From positions 11,780,001-11,844,000 of the forward strand of contig CM120649.1 in the NCBI GenBank assembly GCA_051362555.1: 64,000 bases of DNA. The letters are read 5' to 3'. Source of the stretch: Lingula anatina (taxonomy: Eukaryota > Animalia > Brachiopoda). The translations under genes were made by a program, and so were the position numbers. The notes beneath the pieces are model-generated. The model was not told the DNA's origin, searched no databases, and worked only from the letters and a program-made list of their open reading frames with translations. Positions 39,532 through 53,189 of this stretch are shown in pieces (positions within the stretch are counted from its first letter, which is position 1; every line of letters starts with the position of its first letter).

Positions 39532-42500
39532 ATGTCAGGTAAAATTACTTTGCTGAAGACGCCAAAATGGCAAGAGATTATTTTTCTTATTTTCCATCTT
39601 GGATTGATCCACCGCTCAGGTAAGCTATACCCTAGTTGTTGTTCAGTGCTGGGTAAATACAGTTGTTTGACGGTTCGATATTTTGTTTATACAAGAAGCA
39701 AGTTAAATATTAAAGAAATGATGATGATTTACCAAATAAAGAAAACATCGCCTACTCAAGTATCAATTATGTGAGTGAGCCTTATTGATTCGGCATGCTT
39801 CTTTGAATCTCACTCACTAATTTTTTTTTCTGATCACAAACTCAAAAATATAGGTTTCATTTTTCACAGGCTATTCAAGACGCCTCTCAACCGGCAACTT
39901 TAAAACTGTAGACAATGGAAGTTTAACTACATGAATTATGCATGTATGTTGTCCTCTATCGGGACAACAAATGGATTTCTTTTTATATATATATATATAT
40001 ATATTCACAGATATTTCTCAGGCTTCTTCTATCCATTTTTTTTTTTGCATATAACTGACGTCTTCCCTCAGCTGAACTCTGACAGAGCGTAATAGTATTT
40101 AGTTTACGAATGCGCAGATAGAAAATCGCTTGTAGTAATTTATTAATGAAGGGAGGAGTGGGAGAAGAAGATGTAATCTCAACAGCCAAGAGACGCTTAT
40201 CCTCATTTGCCCCCTTCACCCCCCCCCTCTTCCTCCCAACTTCACCATCGACAACGTCAGTTTTTTTTTTTTTTCAGTATCCGATTTCACCACATACGTC
40301 GGCTCTGCTGCACCAGGAGCTATCAGTCAAAACACCAGTCTGAACACGGAATACTTGTGCCTGTTTGCCTGCAGCCAAAGTGACTCGTAAGTACTTGCCA
40401 AAAAAAAGAAAAAAATCCGAACAAAATATATTCGTACTTTTAGACGGGATCTTGTCATCATGAGTAGTGTGTCGCTGGCTTCTAGACCAACGCAACATAT
40501 ATATACCTACCGCTGTTTGCTTTTGGTATTTATGCTCCCCTGGGTGGTGAGATCATTTTAAGTTAAAAAACATAAGAGGAGAAAAATTCAAACCTCATGA
40601 TCAGCTTTTCTCGTTTATTGCGGATAACACGCCAAATGTATAAACTCAAATTTTACCCTTTTCTGGTCATCCCCTACAGGTGCATTGCCGCCGACTTCAA
40701 TCACCAGACGGCAGCGTGTGGCTTTCACGTTGCCAACGCCAGCTGTGCCGACATTTATCAAACGGACTGCTGCACACACTATAGGAAAGAACCTTGTTCG
40801 ACATCAGACGGTGAGTATTGACTGTGCATGTTACTGGAACTGAACCGTCTACAGCCACAGTACGCGAACTGCTGACTTATTTCTCTTCATACTGACAGTA
40901 TTACTTTTACCATTTACCAGTTTTGAACGCAATAATTTTAATTAGATTTAATTAAAAAAAAAAACGAGATATTCCTGATCGATGTTGACTTGTAACTTAA
41001 AACCATCATATTATATTATATTATATTATATTATATTATATTATATTATATTATATTATATTATATTATATTATTATAACAAAATGTGATTCCATTGAAT
41101 TGTAGCATGCAACGCAACATATATCTCGTCCAGCGGCACGCTCACTTCCCCTCAATACCCATCCTTCTATCCCAGCGACATCTTGTGTACGTATCGGGTA
41201 CTTCCGGCGCCTGGCATCTACTTGATGTCCCTCAAGTTCACACAGTTTAGGACCTACTGTAATGACTACGTCACTGTGAGTACAAACAGTGACGTGTGGG
41301 TTTGGTTTCAGTAATCTTGGACCAGTTTTTAAAAGCTTTTTTATGTCCATTTTAATTTTCATTTTAATAGGTTGAATTTTCCTTAATTTCAAAAATTATT
41401 TTTATATGTATGCATTCAATACATTTTATGTATATAACAGAGTTGTTGTTGTTGTTATTATTATTAAATGGAAACCGATTTCACTACGTTTCATCCTTAT
41501 CAAATGTCATGCATTACTAAGTATAGGTGTATTTCAAGATATTTCAGCATAGCCGACTGGCGGAGAAAAAGAAAGAAAGAAAAATATATAACAGAATTTG
41601 AGGCCTAGCTTGGACTCAGTTTTCTTATCTCTCCATCTCAGGTCAACACACTGACCGGGTTTAGGTATTTACGTCTATGTGGAGTCTACAATATCAACGA
41701 TATCCATGCACTTGGTTATGAGGTGATTTTCGAAACCGACTCAAGCAGCTCTTCTACTGGATTCTCAGTCACATTTAACACTTTGAATGGTATGTTTTGC
41801 ATAATGTGTGCGTACTTAACGATACATACCTAGGGATGTTACAGGCCCGTAGCCAGGGGGTTCGGGGGGTTCGAAAGAACCACCCTTTTTGCTGGGAAAA
41901 GGTCCACTCTGGGTCAAATGTGAGCTATGTACTTGAGAATTTTATGGTAAAAGGTCCAATTTTTCAAAAAACGAACCCCCCTTCTGAAATTGCTGACTAC
42001 GGGCCTGTGTTATGTGACCGTGGCGATATGATGATCACTGAAGCCTGTCCATTTAGCCAAGCTTCAGTGAAGATCGAGGAGAATAGTGAGAATAGTGACG
42101 TTGCTTGCGTTATATACCTACCAGTAGACAAATTTAAAATCTCTCACACTCTTAAAAAAATTAGCATAAACTTTTCACATTTAACAATTATTATTTGGCA
42201 TTAAGAGAATGGTGACGTTACCTGCGTTATATACCTACCAGTAGACAAATTTAAAATATCTCACGCTCTTAAAAAATTAGCATAAACCTTTCACGTTTAA
42301 CAATTATTATTTATAATTTTATTACACTAAGTCATATCATATGGGTATGGTTTGAAAACGGGAATTAGTTTACATTTAAGCCACATGTGCATACAAATTA
42401 TTTGTAAATCTATAACATTTTAACGAGGGTTGTGTTATTTACCTTTTGTTTTTAAGCTGTTCATTCTTCCTCTTTATCAGATATATCGGTAAAAATCAAA

Positions 42501-43362
42501 TATATACCCCCTTTGAACTTGTAATTACATGTAGCACATGAATGCTCTGAAAACCAGCACATGTATATTCCTAAACCGCCTCGAAGTAAAAAATGTCACC
42601 AAAACGTAGAATTATTACTCTTGTGGACTTGAAATAAACATCTGTTTGATTATGACTATATTCCGTAACCACCTCGTCGTCAGAAATAACAATAAAAACT
42701 AGAATTATTACTCCCGTGAACTTGTAATAAACATCCGTCTGATTTTGATTATATTCCGAAACTGCCTCGTTGACAGAAATATCACCAAAAAGTAAATTTC
42801 TTTCTCCTTTGCACTTGTGAAAAATCAGTTTGACTATATTCCGGTCCGACGCTCCTTGTTATCAGAAATGTCACTTAAAAGTAGAGGTTTTGCCTTGGGA
42901 CCTTTTTTCTGCAGCAGTCCCAGCTAGGTGTGGCTCAGCTGAGACGTGCTCGGTCATTCAATTAATTCAATTTAAAAAATAAAAATGGTCAGTGTCGACG
43001 ATTGATTAAATACTTTTCACGCCAGTTGAACGTCCACGACAAGTATTTAGCAAAAATTGACCAAATTGGTCAGACATTACATAAGAATTTGGCGGGAGGT
43101 GACCAGCGCACGTGGACGAGGTTATTTCAAATAACATCTCTAGAGCGTGATATATGGTCACTTTATTCGGTTTAAGGGGTGTTTAAGGATGATATGACTA
43201 TATTTTTTTCTCGGTATGTATGTCAAATAATACACTGTCACCCTCTCGCGATATATGCCATGAACACTTCTCGCTGACCCCCGAGATGTTATGGCATATA
43301 TCGCTCGGGTGACAGTGTATTATCTCACACGTACAAGTTTGATGCTGACATTTTATTTGGGG

Positions 43363-43420
<58 letters not shown>

Positions 43421-43820
43421 CAGGCCAGATTGAAATCCAGGCTGGTGTAAAATCGACCATAGTCAAATTTTATTTTCAGATTTTAATTGGGCTTATTCAG
43501 GATCAAAATTCCAATTTGACTTAGGAAGATTTAAATCAGGTGACAAATGTAATCCTGACTATTTAATTGTTTATGACATATATATGTTTTTAACCTCATA
43601 CCCAGGCGAGAGTCCTGCTTTTTTCCATTCACTTCTTATGATGTTGTCTTTCAGGTGCCCACTTCATTATAGTGGCCATGAGTACAAAAGATGGCGTGTA
43701 TCCTATATAATCTAGTTGTTACATTTCAGGAAGAATTTGCGAAAACAAACATAGCATTTGAAAATAAAATTTGACTATGGTCGATTTTACACCAGCCTGG
43801 ATTTCAATCTGGCCTGCAAC

Positions 43821-43892
<72 letters not shown>

Positions 43893-46800
43893 ATGGACAG
43901 ACTGACTGACTGACAGACAAATAAACATGGTTCGCGAAAAGAAACATAGTTTTGTATTGCAGCCGACTGTGACGAGGTAGTGCCGGAGGGGGTGCTTCAA
44001 GTCGCTTCTCCAAATTATCCAAGTAATTACCCAGTTAGCGTGAACTGTGTGTACGTCATCAAGCCTCTGACTAACGGGTCCTCAATCAGACTCCGGTTTT
44101 CAACCTTTGATATTGAATCTGTCAGTGGTTGCATATATGATATGTTGAAGGTGAGCAATGATATCTGGATCAACTTTTAAGATTTATTATTTGTGAATGA
44201 TCACAGGTAAATAAAGTCTGCGATTCAATTTTGATACAAATAATGAGTGTAAATTTTTTATATCTGAGCATAGTAAAAATCAAGCAAATACTAAAAATCA
44301 TTTCGTTATGGAAAATGAACAACCTAACACAAAACTTGCGAAGTAGTTAAATACATCGACGAACCGCCGTTACCGCTACTGAGAAATGAGTGTCAGTGAC
44401 CCGATGGGCTGGTCACACGGCTAGCTATATATATATGCTCGACGGGCCTGGTGCCAGAACAACTCATTACAATTCATTTTTATTTCAGTGGTTTGACTAC
44501 ACTTATGACAAGAGCATGGTTGGTCTATGCGGTTTTAGGACTGGTCTGACAATGCTGACCAACACAGGGATTCGTTTATTGTTCATTTCGGATAATTCGG
44601 TAACGAAGCGAGGATTTCATGCCACCATTGAGGCCAACAGCGGTTAGTCCTTTATCTTAGAACAGTTGTTTTCACTTTAAGTAGGTTCCAACTTTAAGTT
44701 CAATTTTTAGTCTACTTTGCTCCAGGTTGAATTAGTAGAATGAAACATTGAGTCTGTTTTAATTAGGGAATAAATGGAAAGGTTATGTTTTATACATGTA
44801 CCAATGGTCGTTTTATTGGAGTTGACTTATTCGGATGACAATAGTTAAGGGCAAATTTCTAAAACCGATTCTTAGACACACACACCTTGTCATAGGGCTG
44901 CATCAGCTATGCTTTTCTTCTGTTTTTCTCGATATCTTTACTTCCCCCTGTCATGGTCAACCTGTTATGAGTGACCCATAGGACCTTAAAACCCCACTTG
45001 GCCTACACCAAGGCAGTACATTACGATTTGCTGCAGACACGTGTCCAAATACGATCTTTATTTCTAGTATTTCTTCGTGAACTTACGTGGTCCATTAACA
45101 GACTTTCCCCGCCGTGTTTAAAGCTCAATTAAAATTCATCAGTTTCCTATACTCTCTTGCCAAAGCTGAAATATGTCATTTTGTTGCTGCATAAGCGTCT
45201 AACGCTCAATGTATATACCTTTTGTGCTAAAGCATCTCTCTCATCTAAAACCGACAATCGCCAACTACATATGAACTTCAGTCAACAACCTTCATTTTTT
45301 TCTTTTCAGATTGCGGCGGTACATACATTGACCTGTCTGGAAACATTTCATCTCCCGGCTACCCGTCAGCCTACGAAGCCAACTGTTTTTGTGTGTTTGA
45401 AATATCAACTACCAGAACAGATCAAACAGTGGTGCTTGAATTTACACATGTAGATTTGGATTATAACAGAAATTCACCCTGCCAAGATTACGTTCAGGTA
45501 AAAATAGTACATGTTTTGATAGAATTTGTATTATTCTGCATTCTTTGATGTTGTACGAACAATTCTAAACAAGGTTTCTTTATCAAAGCCTCTGTTTATT
45601 TTCTTATGTTATATTTTATTATTGCGTTATTTGACAGTTTTTTATGTTCAATTTTGACATATCACCCGACACTAAGGTATTGTTTTTCAATTGTTTAGCT
45701 GTCAAACTATATATTTGGTATTCATAAATAAGTTATGTTTTGCATTTTGGCCTTTTGCGACCCCACAAAATACCTTTATGTGCATCTGCTTACCATAAAA
45801 TTTTAGTCACTACACTTCAGGGCTCTTATGTATTCTTGTCAATCATTTCGGATTATCGTTTTGATTCCATGACCAATTAGTTATCTTTAGGGATTTTGGT
45901 ATAAATAAAAGCGACCTTAACTGTTCAATCAAATCAATCTGCCTACATTGTGTTTGTCATCTATTTCATTCATTAGCCCTGCTACTATATACTAAATGGA
46001 GTAGACATTAACGCCATTTTTACAGCAAATATAATTTGGATATCATGTCCTTGTAACTTATTTCTGAGTGAGTAGCAACACAGAACGACTTGAATTGTAG
46101 CTCATGTAAATCTTTATTCACCGACTACAAACTGGCACGCAGGCAGGGACTGTCACGACGATCTCCCGGAGTCTCTCTCTCACTAACTGAGAAGCCCTCT
46201 TTTTATAGAGAATCGTTCTAAGTCCTGCGTGCCCAATAACTTTAACTAAATGTGTTAATTTATAGGAATAATAAAGGAACTAACTGTAACGTACGTGATT
46301 AATAGGAAGTATGATAAAACTAAATGCAGGGACTATATTACTTTTCATAGTGGCCCTGAACACGAATATGTTCTCCGGGTAGGAAGGTTACATAATGCTC
46401 AGACCTGGGATTGGCCTCAACTAAAATTTTCCAAGGGTGTAGTGACTGTTTTTAGTGGAAGAGATCAAAAGAGCGAAATGACTTAAATGAGGCCCAAGGA
46501 ATTTCTACAATTTTGGAGTCGTCACCGGGTTTCCTATTTCTGTCATCCGAAAGGGGTGTACCTTCAATTATCTATATTAATTACTTTACCGGAACTTTTG
46601 TTTCTAATTTTGGATTCTCTTCCGTGATTGCGAATGTGTTATATCATGAAGTAAATTGTTTTTAATCAATTATCGATTCCCTTATGATACAAGACGTTTC
46701 GACCCTTTGGCAAAACACCTTGGCCACATGACTGATTCGTGAACTCTGAAAGGTGGGTACCTCTAGCAACGATTAAAGGGATAATAACTGTTTGTTTTGG

Positions 46801-49800
46801 CCAAAAAATGAATTTTCCTAGAGTAAACGACAATCTTCCCATACTTACCAATGGTTAACGAATCCATTTCTACATTCAAAGTTAGTCCCTGGTTTTTTTC
46901 TAAAAAGTTTGGTTTTATGTTTTAATCTCTTAAGAGATTATTACAGAGTATAGCCATCTGTGGAGGTCACGTGGTCTAATGACAAGCTCAGATATCAGAA
47001 TAATAACTGTAACTGCCGTTTTTGTGGTAAAACAGAATATGTTATATTTCTATGAGTTGTTTTTAATGTGAAATATAGATCTCATACGAAGAGTTATTAT
47101 CCCTTTAACTTATCAACCACTATTCAACCACATTCGATAGAACAGAATACCTATTTCACCGAAGCTTTTTATAGTCCTTTTCCATTGACAATCAAGGTGA
47201 GAGAACAATCTCAAGTCGGCACTCTACTAGCAGAAGCGTGTAAAAACAGGATTCCTAGTGTTGTGAATGCTTCCTCTTTGTGGATCTTATTCTACGCCGA
47301 TCATAATAAGCTGGCTGAGAGAAATGGGTTTTCGGCCACATTTTCCATGGGTACGTAAGCATGCATGTGTGTGTCGTACTATTGGTGTATGTGTATACTT
47401 TCGTATGTGCAGGCATTAGGTGTGTTAAATAGCTGTATCTTGGCACCGTATAAGTACGTACTTGCAAATGATAATATGAATACACAAATAAAACTTCATT
47501 TTTTCATTAGGTTTTAATTGTAATTAAAGATAGAAATATAATTTTCGATACATGTGATTCCTAATTGAACGGCTCCCGACGGTAGAACCCGTGTTTAACG
47601 CGATAAATACGCCCATAACACAGAGCTATATAAGGAGGCAGTTTTGTAATGCTTAACCGTGTGCTCCTTTAAAGTGCTTGGACAGTAAATCGTTTTACCT
47701 GTTGTTAAATGCGATTAAGTTTTACTGTAAAAACATGCGTATTCCCACATGTATTTAAATATATGCGTGTGCTTGCTTTGTTTTCTGTCCAACAGTGCAA
47801 AAAACACAAAATGTCCTTGACGCCAACATTGTTCACGCCAACAGCGCACGCCTCCGTGATAGGGATGAAAGTTCCAGCGCAATTATTTCGAACACTGGCT
47901 TTTCCGAGGCAAGTTTGCATACCGCTTTTGTTATCAATGACGAAAGCATATATTCAACGGAGAGTTCACCCAACACTATACCTTGTGGCGACACCACTGC
48001 CATCCCAGAGACCTACAGCACCAGTGTTCCATTTATCCAAAACGTCGAAACTTCGGTTCAGTACACTGGCAGCACATACATCGGCGCCCAAAATGACGGT
48101 ACACAAATTAGCGCCTCGGCTACCCCTACGAAAATCCTCGATTCATCTATGGTATCGCCTAGCTGGACAGAGACCACATTCCAAGTTGAATCGAGCCTAT
48201 ATATGCCAGCTGTGACCAGCGCTGATTCTCGTATGAGCACTTCACAACCAATGGTCATCGAAACGTTCGACTCCGTGTCAGATTCGATTTTTCTGGAAAT
48301 ACCAAGCTTTCGCACTAATGCTGTGTTATCAATCCCAGATATTGCTACAACTAGCTACTCGCAAGCAATTGCACAGTCTCGCGTCTCATCCAACAGCGGC
48401 TCTACCAACGGTCCATCCATGGCATCGCCCTCGATGTCGACGAGAGTTCTGAGCCATGCTGTATCTTCAGTCGCAACTAGCACATTCCAGTCGTTAGGTG
48501 TATTTGTCATCACCACCGTAACCAATGTTGATTCATCTGTCGGCCACAGCTCAATTCAAACGCTTCCTAGCGTCTTGGAGAACGACATCTTGACAACAGC
48601 ATCCACTGCAACGACAGCAGCGACTGACGTTTCTGTTGCTTTATCTGTTGACCACAGCTCGATTCAAATACTTCCTAGCTTCTTAGACAGTGACATGTTG
48701 TCTCCAATATCCACTGCAACATCGGCAGCGACTGGCGTTCCTGTTGCTTTATCTGTTGACCACAGCTCAATTCAAACACATCCTAGCTTCTTAGACAGCG
48801 AGATCTTGTCTACAGTATCCACTGCAACAACGGCAGCGACTGACGTTTCAGTTGCTTTATCTGTTGACCAAAGCTCGATTCAAACACATCCTAGCTTCTT
48901 AGACAGCGACATCTTGTCTAGAATGTCCACTGCAACAACGGCAGCGACTGGCGTTTCTGTTGCTTTATCTGTTGACCACAGCTCAATTCAAACACATCCT
49001 AGCTTCTTAGACAGCGACATCTTGTCTAGAATGTCCACTGCAACAACGGCAGCGACTGGCGTTCCTGTTGCTTTATCTGTTGACCACAGCTCAATTCAAA
49101 CACATCCTAGCTTCTTAGACAGCGAGATCTTGTCTACAGTATCCACTGCAACAAAGGCAGCGACTGACGTTTCTGTTGCTTTATCTGTTGACCACAGCTC
49201 GATTCACACACTTCCTAGTGTCTTAGAGAGTGACATCTTGTCTACAATGTCTACTGCAGCAACGGCAGCGACTGGCGTTTTCAGCCACACTGAAACATCG
49301 AATAATTTCACCCACCTGTCAACAGAAAACAGTACCACTACCGCACCGACAATTGGTGAGGGCAATACAACGATTCCAAACACTTATACGACCAGCGTTC
49401 CTTCAGAATGTCCACGTGTACCGGAGATACCCCATGCGTCTCACAACACTAACAGCACTGCCATTGGGACTGTGGTAGAATACACCTGTGATGAGGGCTA
49501 TGAGCTGGTCAGTACGTCAACTTCCAGTGGCATTGAGTGCCTGAACAACGGGACGTGGAGCACCTCCAACGTCCAGTGTGAACGTAAGTACGGCTTGGGC
49601 GGATTTTGAAGCTATATAATGGTCGCTGGACCTTTGCATAGCAACATTTTATTTTCCTTGGAAATTTCAACACTTTCTGTTAACCACCCAGGTATACTAT
49701 ATCTAAAACCATTGACAAAACTACGATTTACATGTACAAGCAAGTCTTGTTCTAGATTTTCAATCACAATTAGAAACATAAACTCCATAATATTGTACAG

Positions 49801-50382
49801 ATAATAGTTTTTAAACGGTTGTGAACAAAGCAGATAAAGTTGAATTCTTTCTACTATTGTGAACTATTGTGACCATTTTCCACATTGAAAGGGCATGTCT
49901 ATATTATCCAAAAGTTTCATTCATCAGTTAGTAAACACTTTATTATGAAAATTATGTTTCTGAAGCACACTTATCACGTTCGTCTTTTATTTCAGTGATA
50001 GTTTGTACAATTCCAAGCGATGTTACCGAGATTACTATTGTCAGCAAACCCGAAATTATTCTGTACAATAAATGGGTAGCATATTCCTGCTTAAACGGCT
50101 TCGTTTTCCCCGATGGTGACGTTAATCGACGCGTCCGTTGTGTATCTAAGACAAGGTGGATCCCAGACTTTATTGGCTGCAGCAGTGCGTAATTAATCTT
50201 ATATTTTTGGGGGGCAACACCGATCCCACGTTCTTTTAAAAAGGTCTGCCTTAAATAAACACTATATGCCTATCGTGTTGTGGAAGACAAACAAAGATAT
50301 GTGAAAGTGCATACAGTACATAGACGGTTGTTATTTTAGATGCCACTGGTCTTATTTTTTATATGCTAAAACATGCATTGCG

Positions 50383-50430
<48 letters not shown>

Positions 50431-50798
50431 TATATAATTAACAGAATGATTAGTTTCTTTGACAAATTTCAGTTTTGTATTTATAATAATAATAATAATA
50501 ATTATTATTATTATTTTTATTTAATTATGTTTCCTGAATGAGTCTTTACCTTTTTCCAGACACCAGTTTAGGTCTTCCTAAATCATCCCGTCGTCTTGGA
50601 AACCCCCGCATGGAGGCGCCACTGGCTGGATTCATAGGAACCTTTGGGCTAGCAATAATTGGCACCATTATTGCTTTTATCGTTGCGACTGATATTGCCA
50701 CAATAAAACAGCATCTGAGACACATGAGAAGAAACTTTAGACTTAAACGACCGACTAGCATTTATAGGAAATCATACAAACAAGAAAAGTTCAACTAA
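39532..50798 (+). CDS. Type-I membrane protein A: PAN/apple-like domain, 3 CUB, Ser/Thr mucin stalk, 2 sushi/CCP, TM
   Basis: Exons approx. 39532-39619 (signal), 40278-40386 and 40680-40811 (CLFAC..CIAADF..CCTHY), 41106-41275 and 41642-41789 (CUB1), 43963-44150 and 44489-44642 (CUB2), 45310-45497 and 47197-47350 (CUB3), 47796-49583 (mucin, sushi), 49996-50185 (sushi-like), 50560-50798 (TM and basic tail). Confidence 0.88.
41842..42007. mobile_element. MITE family B, copy 1, with 5-bp TSD
   Basis: TIR caggcccgtag / ctacgggcctg flanked by TGTTA on both sides. Confidence 0.8.
42088..42312 (+). repeat. ~117-bp direct duplication
   Basis: gagaat.gtgacgtt.c.tgcgttatatacctaccagtagacaaatttaaaat... 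at ~42088 and ~42205. Confidence 0.85.
42560..42900 (+). repeat. Degenerate ~90-bp minisatellite, about 4 copies
   Basis: tattcc...cctcg...agaaat.tcac.aaaa.tagaatt recurs at ~42566, 42659, 42752, 42837. Confidence 0.7.
43227..43323. repeat. Long hairpin/palindrome, probably the core of a foldback MITE
   Basis: ataatacactgtcaccc..gcgatatatgccat / atggcatatatcgc..gggtgacagtgtattat. Confidence 0.7.
43416..43821. mobile_element. 406-bp element with perfect 63-bp TIRs inserted in a (TA)n tract
   Basis: tgttgcaggccagattgaaatccaggctggtgtaaaatcgaccatagtcaaattttattttca and its exact reverse complement; (TA)n on both flanks. Confidence 0.9.
46052..46350 (-). mobile_element. Possible solo LTR
   Basis: Minus strand reads TATAAAAAG, a purine-rich R-like region, AATAAA, and ends gttaca. 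No TSD or 5' end could be fixed. Confidence 0.35.
48536..49281 (+). repeat. Coding minisatellite, 108-nt (36-aa) unit, about 7 copies
   Basis: SVDHSSIQTHPSFLDSDILSRMSTATTAATGVSVAL-type units starting at 48536, 48644, 48752, 48860, 48968, 49076, 49184. Confidence 0.95.
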
Positions 50799-51399
50799 AT
50801 GAAGGGATTTGGCAAAGCATGTATGTACATGCAATTTCGTTTTTAGGGAACGCTGACGGGGTCTAAATGATCCACAGGGATACTTTCACGGACAGTGATA
50901 TTAGCTTTCACTAACAGTTAAATGTCAAAAGATCATATCCAAATACTAAATCGAGAATATGCATTATACAAAAAAGCAAAAGCAAAAATGATGATGGAAA
51001 TAAAAACAGTAAGCAAACAAACTAAATAGAGAAAAGTTGCCATTGACTTTCGTTGCCTGCATTATAGAAAACAGATGGAGTTAATATTTGACAACAATTC
51101 AAGGCACTAAGCTTATATAGGGTATTTTGTGTATTATAAAGAGTATCTTTGTTTTATAGGAGAGCAAATTTGGTTCGTGTACATGTAATTGGTGACATAG
51201 TGATGGGAAAGGGCATTGTTTAAGTTACAGATGAAGTCGAATCTTTGCAACTCAGCAGACCAAATGCCACTTTTTAGTTTTGCATATGTGTCTTTAACAT
51301 GTGTGAATTCCATTGTTAAGCAAGAATTGTCTAGTTTCCTCTCAGGTTGCATCCATTTAAGCATAACACGTTTGTGCTTTAAATGTAAACGAACGTCAA

Positions 51400-51465
<66 letters not shown>

Positions 51466-52789
51466 AGAGAGAGAGAGAGAGAGTTGTATATACTTGTATT
51501 ATACCATATGTTTTATATGTTTTATTACCTACTCAGTACGGGTATACTTTTGGTATGAAATACAGTGTGTACGTGGTGTTAATTGTAGCAATCTTCTTGA
51601 CTTCTTGATATGGTTATTGTACATATCCTACTGAAAACAAAACAGGTGAGTATATATGGTATCTTATAGAAAGTTCTCACCACTTTGACTACTCGGATGC
51701 AAAAGCACTATTTTTTTCTCCGCGTGACATGCGTACACATGTATAGGCCTATAGGGCCACAGCAGTGCAGCCGTTTGTGTAGATTTAAAGAAAATATATC
51801 ATAATGATATTTAAGATGGAATTTTACGACGTGATCAATGATGATCATATTTTATCAAAATAGTTATACGTAATGCTACGTACAATTTCACTGACTTGCA
51901 AAGGACATTTTTTGACAAATAGTCTGAAATGCGGTGCATTTTGTTTTACTCCAAACATGTATATAAATAGACTGCTGCATATTCCAGTTATTCTTGTTTG
52001 CTATGTATAAGATTTAACCTATCGCGAATAAAAAAAAGGTTTCATCAAACAACAGCTCTATTAAAATCGATACATGTGTTTTAGATCTGGACTACCCTTG
52101 TTATCAGGTGACTTCTTAGAGACCGGATGCACGTTGTTAAACGTAAAAACTTACTTCCTTGAGAACAATTTGCAAGCCAAACCAAGGGCTTCTTCCGTTA
52201 CATGGAAGCGGAATAAAATAAACATTTGTTAAAAAAAGTCAACAAATGTTGGATCAAATATTAACGCAAACAGGTTTTTGTTCTTAATGTGTTACTTAGG
52301 ATCAATTTTACTTTCTCACGGAGTGACTGTGGGGATATAAAGGTATTGGTTTCTAGCCTCGTTTATGGGGGTGGAAGGTTCCAAAGAATAGAAACCTGAA
52401 AATAAAAACAGTAATCTGCGTGTTCGCTAATTTGGACTCATTTTGGCAAAGCACTGCTTCGCTTACATATTTTTCACCTTCCGACAAGGTAAGTAACTGT
52501 AATTTATCTTATTATTTTTTAATATAAATAATTTTCCACTGTCTCTGTTTGAATCTGGTGTAGGCCTTATATATATCCTCAGTTAATAAATCCAGGATTT
52601 AGTTTATAGTTGTTAATTTAATAACTAATTTTTTCATACTGAAACTGCATGCTTTTTATGTAGGGTCGTACTTGAGTTATTATAAATGTATCTAAAATTC
52701 TTCAACGTATTTTTTGTGTTTTAGTGCATTTCAAAGTATGTGTGCATCACTAGAATTATAAATAAATAAGACTGAAAACGCAACTGTTA

Positions 52790-52951
52790 AGATCAACTAT
52801 AAATGAAAGCGCCCGAGCTTTAGGCTGGTGTGTCGTCTTCAAGAACTAATGAATAAATAAATAAATAAATATATAAAGCCTTGTTTTTTATTCCCTGAAG
52901 AAGGCACACATGCCTAAAGCTCGGGGGCTTTAAACCAATTATAGTTTATCT
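52790..52951. repeat. Inverted repeat containing degenerate minimal hammerhead-like motifs (Penelope-like remnant)
   Basis: cccgagctttaggc..tgtgtcgtcttcaag (52812-52843) versus ccctgaagaaggcacacatgcctaaagctcggg (52893-52925). Confidence 0.45.
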
Positions 52952-53189
52952 TTATAGACGCGCTTACAATTTAATTAATTTATTTCTTGAACGAGATCAA
53001 CATGGTGATTTATGATGGATCTTCAAAGCATTATAAATGATTTCTCGTGACCATATTTAGCACCAAAACCATAGAAACGAAAACGGAAGTCATTGCCTTC
53101 AGTTGTATAACATTATATGATTAATATTTTTTATTTCAATTTCGTAGCGCGCACGTATTGGGTTCCAATTTCAACCCGAGAGCGATGCT

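Noticed and set aside
48536-49281. Regular repeat array as a possible CRISPR
   Set aside because: Contiguous in-frame 108-nt coding units without unique spacers, in a eukaryotic exon, with no cas genes.
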